From the NCBI GenBank assembly GCA_020696385.1, contig JAEHCQ010000002.1, positions 64,001 through 128,000 on the forward strand: DNA of 64,000 nucleotides. Reading direction: 5' to 3'. Numbering within the stretch: the stretch's first letter is position 1; the number at the start of each line of letters is the position of its first letter. The notes beneath the pieces were generated by a model. That model was not told where the DNA came from and ran no database searches. It saw nothing but the letters and a program-made list of their open reading frames with translations. Of the stretch, positions 57,407-64,000 are shown one piece after another. The translations under genes were made by a program, and so were the position numbers. Source of the stretch: Methanobacteriota archaeon. GTDB lineage: Archaea > Thermoplasmatota > Thermoplasmata > SG8-5 > JAGLSY01.

Positions 57407-58114
57407 TTAGACCAGTGCTCTTTCGATCGGATGATAAGGAATCTCCAAACGCTCTTGAGCATTACCAATATTTATTGTGATAACAAGTCCCCTGCCCTTT
57501 ATCTCCTTGATCTCGGGTTTGAGATGCTCGGCCTCCATCCTTTTTATGAGGCTGGCCCTGAAAGATTTTAGATTTGATCTTTCAGTCTTTGACAATTCCT
57601 TTATCTTGCTTGTCGGGTAATACCTCAAATGTCTTCCATCCTTCAGCACGGATATCAGACCAGAATCTTCCAATCGATCGAGTACGGACCTCGAGCAGAT
57701 CTTATCCCCCATGGCCAATTTCAATTCCCCAGTGCTTGATCCAGGTTCCTTGATTATCTGCTTGAAGACAATATTGTGTGAAAGATCATTTAATAGGCTT
57801 ATAGCTCTTTTCGAATCATCCTCTTTCAGCATGCCAGTTGGAAAATACACGGCCTTGTTGAAAAAAACCTTGCTCTTCACATATTCCCTCTCCTCGAGAA
57901 CATCCAGATGCCATATCACGGTCGGCCTGGAAAGTGAAAGTTCTGAAGAAATGCGGGAAATACTGATGCATGGTGTCAGGCATAGAAGCTGAAATATATC
58001 CTTCCGATTAGAATTCGAGATCACACTGGCCTTTCTTCGGGACCTTGTGTCTTCCTCCTTATCCGGGAGCTTGTCCTCCACCACCCTTTTCAATGCATCT
58101 CCTATCTTTTCCAT
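57407..58114 (-). CDS. Double winged-HTH transcriptional regulator (ArsR-like)
   Basis: NR..IF..L...P......IS..L.LS..TV.WHL..L; second wHTH EPG....EL.....L.RL...GLI...KDGR..RYYP. Confidence 0.85.
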   Translation of the reverse strand: MEKIGDALKRVVEDKLPDKEEDTRSRRKASVISNSNRKDIFQLLCLTPCISISRISSELSLSRPTVIWHLDVLEEREYVKSKVFFNKAVYFPTGMLKEDDSKRAISLLNDLSHNIVFKQIIKEPGSSTGELKLAMGDKICSRSVLDRLEDSGLISVLKDGRHLRYYPTSKIKELSKTERSNLKSFRASLIKRMEAEHLKPEIKEIKGRGLVITINIGNAQERLEIPYHPIERALV

Positions 58115-58124
58115 TGGAGATCAC

Positions 58125-59048
58125 CTAATTCTCATCTATCAGTTCATATTCTGATAGTATCTGTGTCAGTATATACTCGGGATCCAGATGGCCGATATCC
58201 TCCTGGGATATTTTATTGATGGTCCTTATTAGGCTCTGTCTGACCTTGGGAGTTAGCTTTGCCCTTTTTTCTTTTGGTAATTGCTCAAATATCCCATTCA
58301 ACAATGAGGTCATGTCCACGACATTTTTGGGAACTTGACTGGCAAGCTTGGCCTTTTGAGCGATTATGCCACTTCCTCTAACGATAGTGTATGGGTGCCA
58401 GAATCTGCTGTGCTTGCTACTTCGGCACTTGATTATCTTCATCTCTCTTTTTTCCGGGCTGTCATGACTTCTGTATCTGAGATGAATGACATTATCAGCC
58501 AGATACATCGGAATTACCAATTCTGGACCTGACAGGTCACCAACAACACCGTGTTCTTCCAGGGTGCACACCACTGTTCCAATATTTCTCGTTCCTCTGA
58601 GAAGTGAGGAAACTAAGTCCCTTTGCTCATATTTGTCCTCAGTGGACCAGAGCACGGGCGTGAGAGGATCGATGACTATCCTGGCATTGTATCCTTTCCA
58701 TTCATCAACAAAGCCTGCCAGTTCTGTCTTGATAAAATCCGAGAACTCACGACCTCCAGCATCGACGAAGATCAGCATTCCCTTATCGATATAATCTTCA
58801 ACATCTTCCCAACCCATCTCTATCACGCCTTTGATGATCTGCTTCGGGCTCTCGTCCAGGGTGATGAAGATAGCATCCTCTCCCAGTTCCAGACCTCGCT
58901 TCAGGAAATAAGTTGCGAAAGTGGTCTTTCCAGCACCAGAAGTACCAATAACCGCAGTTATCGTATTCTCATTAATACCCCCATCCATCAGACTGTTCAG
59001 TCCATAAACACCGCTCTTGATCTTTTTCAAAGGTATGTGGCTCACCAC
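58125..59048 (-). CDS. KaiC-like (RAD55-family) ATPase with C-terminal helical extension
   Basis: SGVYGL..L.DGGI, GTSGAGKTT, ITLDE, IVIDP, TLEE, YLADNVIHL, IKCR. Confidence 0.9.
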   Translation of the reverse strand: MVSHIPLKKIKSGVYGLNSLMDGGINENTITAVIGTSGAGKTTFATYFLKRGLELGEDAIFITLDESPKQIIKGVIEMGWEDVEDYIDKGMLIFVDAGGREFSDFIKTELAGFVDEWKGYNARIVIDPLTPVLWSTEDKYEQRDLVSSLLRGTRNIGTVVCTLEEHGVVGDLSGPELVIPMYLADNVIHLRYRSHDSPEKREMKIIKCRSSKHSRFWHPYTIVRGSGIIAQKAKLASQVPKNVVDMTSLLNGIFEQLPKEKRAKLTPKVRQSLIRTINKISQEDIGHLDPEYILTQILSEYELIDEN

Positions 59049-59257
59049 CCAAGGGAATCCAATTTCTTTTCCTTCTTCGTGGCCTTCTTAAATTCCTTGT
59101 AGTGTTCCTTGCAGATCTTGACCTTGCTACCACTGCCAGTCAGACTGTGGTTAAGTTCTTTATCCACCTTCTTCCTTGATAAGGATCGGGCTGATTCGTT
59201 CTTGCAGTTGGAGACCTCGCACATGACGATCTCATCTGCTTTTCTTTCTTTGGCCAT
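59042..59257 (-). CDS. Small basic Zn-binding protein
   Basis: C.V..C....RSLS ... CKEHYKE.KK; overlaps the KaiC start. Confidence 0.75.
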   Translation of the reverse strand: MAKERKADEIVMCEVSNCKNESARSLSRKKVDKELNHSLTGSGSKVKICKEHYKEFKKATKKEKKLDSLGW

Positions 59258-59365
59258 GGTATTCTTTAATCATGTATGGATATTAAAATGTATCGAAGAT
59301 AATTAGAGGCGAATACGATGGCCAAAGATTAAGAACCCGCCATCGTGTTTAGGATTTCAGAAAGA

Positions 59366-59500
59366 TTGATCTCCCCGCCCATCGTTGAACTCCTGACGGG
59401 GCTTCAAATCTCAGAGCACTCTGTATTTGTCACTCGCTGGGTCATCGAATATAGTACCCCGCCCTGATGAATGCTCTATGAATCATCCAGACGGGGCATG
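59366..59500 (-). repeat. Non-coding two-hairpin repeat module B, copy 2
   Basis: Minus strand: catgccccgtctggatga...cagggcggggtactatattcg...agtgaca...gaagccccgtc...gggcggggagatcaa. Confidence 0.8.
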
Positions 59501-59544
59501 CTTGAATGCAAATGCCTTGCAGAGATTCAGATCAGTTTTATCCA

Positions 59545-59608
59545 ACCCAGCTTGACAAGCTATTCTCCCATCAAGGGTGGGTCTCAGTATTTTCTCAGTA
59601 TGGTGGGG
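59545..59608 (+). repeat. Non-coding repeat module A, copy 2
   Basis: 55/64 identical to 43849-43912. Confidence 0.85.
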
Positions 59609-59640
59609 ATCGGAAGAAGGGCACGGTCATAGTTTATGAT

Positions 59641-60081
59641 CTACCTCTGCTCTTCGTCCATTATCTCTCTCAAAAATGTATCGGCCGCTTCCATCGCATT
59701 CTCTTTATTGGCCGGATAAGCCCCTGTCTTTAGGGAGCAATTTATGATATTCTTATTGTTCGCGAGTTTGATCTGGCCTTCATAAGCCAGATCTTTGCTT
59801 ATCCTGATATGTAGATTACAATTATCATCCATTCTGTCATCCATCTTTTCAAGCATTTCCTCAATTATTCCAGTGCCCTTCAATTTTTTGAGGAAAGCCT
59901 TGATGTCTCGATTTCTGGATATCGTGGCCTCCAAGATAGTGATGGGATTGCCAAAATGGCCTTCTGTCCGGATCTCTGATATCTCCGCATCGTCTATCAG
60001 GAAGGTCAGTGCTTTCCTGACCTTTTCCTCGGATTCCGTTGCCTGGATGAATGTTCTTAAATGCACTCGAAGGAACGCCAT
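59641..60081 (-). CDS. DUF54-family RNA-binding protein (exosome-associated type)
   Basis: ATE.EEKV..AL, EGHFGNPI..L, L..R..K..AY.G, AYPA.KE. Confidence 0.85.
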   Translation of the reverse strand: MAFLRVHLRTFIQATESEEKVRKALTFLIDDAEISEIRTEGHFGNPITILEATISRNRDIKAFLKKLKGTGIIEEMLEKMDDRMDDNCNLHIRISKDLAYEGQIKLANNKNIINCSLKTGAYPANKENAMEAADTFLREIMDEEQR

Positions 60082-60176
60082 TGACCCATAATGATACATG
60101 ATGTATCTAAAACTTAGCACTAATTATCACTTAATTATAAAAAGCAGTTCTTATATCCCCATGCGGGTGAGGCAAA

Positions 60177-60722
60177 ATGATCGAAATAAGATTTCATGGT
60201 CGGGGAGGCCAGGGAGCAGTTATTGCATCCAATATTCTTGCTGAAGCAGCATTCCTTGAGGGGAAGTCAGTTTCAGCTTTTCCATACTTCGGTGTGGAAA
60301 GAAGAGGAGCCCCGGTCACCGCGTACACGAGAATAGATGATAAAGAGATCAGAGTGAAGTCCGGTATCTATGAGCCAGACTATGTCGTAGTGATGGATCA
60401 ATCGCTTATCAAAGCAGTTGATGTGGTTGCTGGATTGAAGCCGGGTGGAAAGGTCATAATCAATACCACCAGGAGTCCTGGTGACTTTGATCTTGGAGAT
60501 GCGGATGTTTACACTGTCGATGCTACTGGCATCGCCATAGACAATCGCCTTGGAAGCAAGGCGGCTCCTATCGTGAACAGTGCTATTCTTGGTGGTTTTG
60601 TCAAGATATCTGGCGTGGTGGAGCTTGATTCACTCCTGAAAGGCGTGAGGTCTCTTGCTCCTGTGAAGAAGGAAGAGAATGCGACCGCGGCCGATCAGGC
60701 ATATTCAAAGGTGGTGGAATAG
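60177..60722 (+). CDS. porC: Pyruvate/2-oxoisovalerate:ferredoxin oxidoreductase gamma subunit
   Basis: [33 protein letters not shown]...LG. Confidence 0.92.
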
Positions 60723-61003
60723 TGGGAATGGAAAAGTACAAAGGCTACAAGGACCTGCCAATAATGCCGATAACTGACACCCCGTCAACGGTCAACCAGA
60801 CAGGTTTCTGGAAGACTTTCAAGCCAATTTTCGAGATGGATAAATGTATTAAATGTAACATATGCTGGAAATTCTGTCCCGAGCCCGCGATAACACTGGA
60901 TGAAGAAGGATATCCAGTGATCGCATTATTCCACTGCAAAGGATGTGGGATATGCGCGAATGAATGTCCAAAGGACGCGATCAAGATGGTAATGGAGGAG
61001 TAA
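60722..61003 (+). CDS. porD: Pyruvate/2-oxoisovalerate:ferredoxin oxidoreductase delta subunit (2x[4Fe-4S])
   Basis: TG.W..KP, CIKCNICWKFCP, CKGCGICANECP. Confidence 0.92.
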   Translation: MGMEKYKGYKDLPIMPITDTPSTVNQTGFWKTFKPIFEMDKCIKCNICWKFCPEPAITLDEEGYPVIALFHCKGCGICANECPKDAIKMVMEE

Positions 61004-61005
61004 TC

Positions 61006-62196
61006 ATGGTGAGATCAGTTATTAGTGGAAATTCAGCATCTGCCTACGGTGCGAAGATTGCAAGGGCCGAGGTCATTGCAGCCTACCCAATTACACCGCA
61101 GACCTCCATAATAGAGAAGATCGCCAATTTCGTGGCCAATGGCGAGTTCAAGACCGAATTCGTCAAGGTGGAGAGCGAGCATAGCGCGATGGCCGCGTGT
61201 GTGGCCGCCTCACTTACAGGAGCAAGGACCTACACGGCCAGTTCCTCCCATGGTTTACTATTAATGCACGAGATGCTGATATGGGCATCTGGCGCGAGGA
61301 CACCCGTTGTGATGTCCAATGTCAATAGAGCGAACGGCCCACCCTGGAGTGTGTGGGCGGATCAGCATGACACGATGGCCCAGAGAGATACTGGGTGGAT
61401 GCAAATTTACTGTGAGAGCAATCAGGAAGTGCTCGATTCGATATTGATGCAATACAAGGTCGGGGAGTCCCCAGACATAATGATACCATCCATGATAATC
61501 GAGGATGCTTTCATTCTTTCACATACAGTTGAGCCAGTTGATATCCCGGATCAGGATGCGGTGGATGATTTCCTGCCTCCTTTTGCCCCGGAAAAGAAAC
61601 TGGATCCAGATGACCCGCATGGCTTCGGAAGTCTCGTGATGCCCGAATGGTATATGGAATTCCGGTACAAGATCGCGGAATCCATGGACCTGGCCCGAGA
61701 CAGGATCAGGGAAGTGGAGAAGGACTTCGAGAAAAGGTTCGGAAGATCATACGGCGGCTTGATGGATTTCTATGAAGTTGAAGATGCGGACGCTGTCCTG
61801 ATGATAGGCGGCAGCGTGGCCAGTACGGCCAAGGAAGTCATTGACAAGATGCGCAAAGAAGGAAAGAAGGTTGGATTGGCGCGTGTCAGATACTTCAGAC
61901 CCTTCCCAGTTGACGAGGTCAGATGGCTGGCCAAGAAAGTTAATCGAATAGGAGTGGTCGACCGCAGTTATTGCTTCGGTCATGGTGGACCGATCGCGGC
62001 CGAAGTTTACGGCGCGCTCTTACCCACTGGCGACAGACCGATAGTTAAGAATTTCATCGCCGGCCTTGGTGGAAAGGACATAACCCCAGAGGTTCTGGAG
62101 AGACTCTTCAACAAGATGCTGGTCACCAATGAGAGTGGTACGGAGAAAGAGATCGAATGGGTGGATGTCAAAGGACATAGCTTGGGGGTGGAATGA
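61006..62196 (+). CDS. porA: Pyruvate/2-oxoisovalerate:ferredoxin oxidoreductase alpha subunit
   Basis: AAYPITPQT, VESEHSA, TASSS.GL..MHE, RDTGW.Q, FRPFP, GLGG.D. Confidence 0.95.
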   Translation: MVRSVISGNSASAYGAKIARAEVIAAYPITPQTSIIEKIANFVANGEFKTEFVKVESEHSAMAACVAASLTGARTYTASSSHGLLLMHEMLIWASGARTPVVMSNVNRANGPPWSVWADQHDTMAQRDTGWMQIYCESNQEVLDSILMQYKVGESPDIMIPSMIIEDAFILSHTVEPVDIPDQDAVDDFLPPFAPEKKLDPDDPHGFGSLVMPEWYMEFRYKIAESMDLARDRIREVEKDFEKRFGRSYGGLMDFYEVEDADAVLMIGGSVASTAKEVIDKMRKEGKKVGLARVRYFRPFPVDEVRWLAKKVNRIGVVDRSYCFGHGGPIAAEVYGALLPTGDRPIVKNFIAGLGGKDITPEVLERLFNKMLVTNESGTEKEIEWVDVKGHSLGVE

Positions 62197-62237
62197 ATGC
62201 GAGAGCAAAGCGATTGCATTTATAATCCCGAAATGAG

Positions 62238-63161
62238 ATGGAGGGATTCATGATGGCGAAGCTAACGATTCCAGAAGAAGAACTGATGTACCCCGGACAC
62301 GTAGGATGTCTGGGCTGTGGAGCGACACTGGCCATGAGATACACACTCAAGGCTCTGGGACAGAGAACGATCATCAGTGTGCCCGCATGCTGCTGGGCCG
62401 TCATGCCAGGTGTGTTCCCGCTCACCTGTCTGAAGATCCCCATGCTGTACACGGCTTTTGAAACCACTGGAGCCTCGATATCTGGCATCAGGGCCGCACT
62501 GGATGCAAAAGGTATCGATGATATCACTGTCGTCGGCTGGGCCGGGGATGGTGGGACCGCGGATATCGGTATCCAGGCATTGTCCGGAGCTGTTGAGAGA
62601 GGTACGGACGTGATGTACATAATGTATGATAATGAAGCTTACATGAACACGGGCGTGCAGAGAAGCTCCGCAACTCCAATTGGAGCATGGACGACCACCA
62701 CGCCAGTCGGTACGACCAAGGACTGGAAGAAGATGCCGAAGAAGGACATGGTGGAGATCATGGTCGCTCACAAAATACCATACACCGCGACGATGAGCAT
62801 CAGCCATCCAGAGGACATGATCAAGAAATTGCAAAAGGCCCAGAAGATCAAGGGCCCGAAGTTCATCCACATCTATGCACCTTGCCCTACGGGATGGCGC
62901 ATGGCCCCGGATAAAACAGTGGAAATTGCGAAGATGGCTGTCGATTCAGGTGCTTTCCCACTTTATGAGGTGGAGGATGGTATCTACACCATCACCAGGA
63001 AGCCGAAGGAACTGAAGCCAGTCATGCCATATTTGGCAATGCAGGGCAGATTTAGACATCTTCCCCAAGAAGAGCTGGATGGCATACAATTGGGCATTCA
63101 GAAAAGATGGAAAAGACTTCTCAAGCTTGAGGAGTTCACAAGAGATTTGGAGGGAGAATAA
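62238..63161 (+). CDS. porB: Pyruvate/2-oxoisovalerate:ferredoxin oxidoreductase beta subunit (TPP-binding)
   Basis: GH..C.GCG, GDGGTADIG.QALSG, DNEAYMNTG.QRS, PCPTGW. Confidence 0.95.
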   Translation: MEGFMMAKLTIPEEELMYPGHVGCLGCGATLAMRYTLKALGQRTIISVPACCWAVMPGVFPLTCLKIPMLYTAFETTGASISGIRAALDAKGIDDITVVGWAGDGGTADIGIQALSGAVERGTDVMYIMYDNEAYMNTGVQRSSATPIGAWTTTTPVGTTKDWKKMPKKDMVEIMVAHKIPYTATMSISHPEDMIKKLQKAQKIKGPKFIHIYAPCPTGWRMAPDKTVEIAKMAVDSGAFPLYEVEDGIYTITRKPKELKPVMPYLAMQGRFRHLPQEELDGIQLGIQKRWKRLLKLEEFTRDLEGE

Positions 63162-64000
63162 TGGCAATGCACCCGGTACTTGACAAGGACGTGAACAAGA
63201 AGATATTCCTACTTGGGAATGAAGCTATCGTCAGAGGCGCTCTTGAAGCTGGACTTGATATCGCGGCCGCTTACCCAGGAACACCATCATCGGAGATCGG
63301 TAATACGTTTGACAAGATGGGCGAAGATGCGGGAGTGTACTTCGAATACTCCACCAATGAGAAGGTGGCCATGGAAGTGGCTGCCGCCGGAAGCGCATGT
63401 AATCTCAGAGCCATGACCTTCATGAAGCATGTGGGACTCAATGTGGCAGCGGACGCGTACATGACCATCGCCTACACAGGTGTTAGAGGCGGTATGGTGA
63501 TGGTGTGCGCGGATGACCCTTCATGCCATTCGAGCCAGAACGAGCAAGATAATCGTTACTATGCCAGATTGGCCAATATCCCCATGCTGGAACCTTCATC
63601 ATGCTCCGAGGCAAAGGAGATGACCAGGCTGGGCTTCGATCTTTCTGAAGAGATCGAACTTCCTATACTTCTAAGAACGACCACCAGGATCAATCACATG
63701 AGAGGGATCGTGAACCTCGGACCTCTTGTACCTGGGAAGGGAAAGGGTTATTTCGACAAGGATCCGGGCAGGTTCGTCACCATACCCGCCCATGCCAGGA
63801 CTGGCCACATCAACCTTCTGAAAAGAATGGAGAAGGCGATGGAGATATCGGAAAACTCGCCTTTCAACAAGGTCATCGATCTCGGAGGGGACGAGATCGG
63901 CATCGTGGCCTCGGGAGCGGCTTACAATTATGTGATCGATTACATGAAAAGCAATGGCATCAAGGGAAAAGTGCTGAAGCTCGGAATGAGCCATCCAGTG
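63161..64000 (+). CDS. iorA: Indolepyruvate:ferredoxin oxidoreductase alpha subunit, partial (runs off the window edge)
   Basis: Manual translation: LLGNEAIVRGALEAG..AAYPGTPSSEI, NEKVAMEVA, MKHVGLNVAAD, DDPSCHSSQNEQDNR. TAATG-coupled to porB. Confidence 0.95.
   Translation, partial: MAMHPVLDKDVNKKIFLLGNEAIVRGALEAGLDIAAAYPGTPSSEIGNTFDKMGEDAGVYFEYSTNEKVAMEVAAAGSACNLRAMTFMKHVGLNVAADAYMTIAYTGVRGGMVMVCADDPSCHSSQNEQDNRYYARLANIPMLEPSSCSEAKEMTRLGFDLSEEIELPILLRTTTRINHMRGIVNLGPLVPGKGKGYFDKDPGRFVTIPAHARTGHINLLKRMEKAMEISENSPFNKVIDLGGDEIGIVASGAAYNYVIDYMKSNGIKGKVLKLGMSHPV

Noticed and set aside
59464-59500. Hammerhead ribozyme or C/D-box RNA from the CUGAUGA motif
   Set aside because: No GAAA core partner, and the motif is not conserved in copy 1. 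Stem G-U pairs favour the opposite strand.
59300-59640. SRP RNA, RNase P RNA or tRNA in the structured intergenic region
   Set aside because: No SRP helix-8, RNase P P4 or T-loop consensus is recognisable by eye; an Rfam scan would be decisive.
60177-64000. Novelty in the por/ior cluster
   Set aside because: Standard archaeal 2-oxoacid:ferredoxin oxidoreductase arrangement; only substrate specificity (POR vs VOR) is uncertain.

Overview
Archaeal chromosomal DNA, most consistent with an uncultured Thermoplasmatota (Thermoplasmata-like) lineage. This is inferred from the DUF835/KaiC-like genes, DUF54 proteins, pyruvoyl arginine decarboxylase, the porCDAB/iorA cluster and a PEF-CTERM-like tail; no search was run. 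0-6 kb: housekeeping and membrane genes. 6-30.6 kb: a large surface-glycosylation island with GT4s, a Wzx flippase, a Pse/Leg-type nonulosonic-acid pathway that has a MaoC hydratase and no recognisable PseG, and an AT-rich dTDP-Fuc4NAc lipid-carrier/GT-C cassette. 30.8-35.7 kb and 57.4-59.3 kb: KaiC-like ATPases and DUF835-TPR proteins, one with a longin-like domain. 35.9-41.3 kb: a tight four-gene operon built around a Cdc48-like double-AAA ATPase fused to a polytopic membrane domain, with two surface proteins. 48.6-57.2 kb: a ~2,875-aa membrane-spanning protein. It has cytoplasmic TPR, HhH and Zn-ribbon domains and about 30 xTNG repeats, and an extracellular 7-blade FG-GAP propeller carrying nested inserted domains. 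Two intergenic regions (43.8-44.2 kb and 59.3-59.6 kb) share two unannotated non-coding repeat modules. The window ends in 2-oxoacid:ferredoxin oxidoreductase genes. No rRNA, tRNA, CRISPR array or transposase was seen. The best candidates for an undescribed system are the membrane-Cdc48 operon and the giant integrin-alpha-like receptor with its KaiC/DUF835/TPR neighbours.
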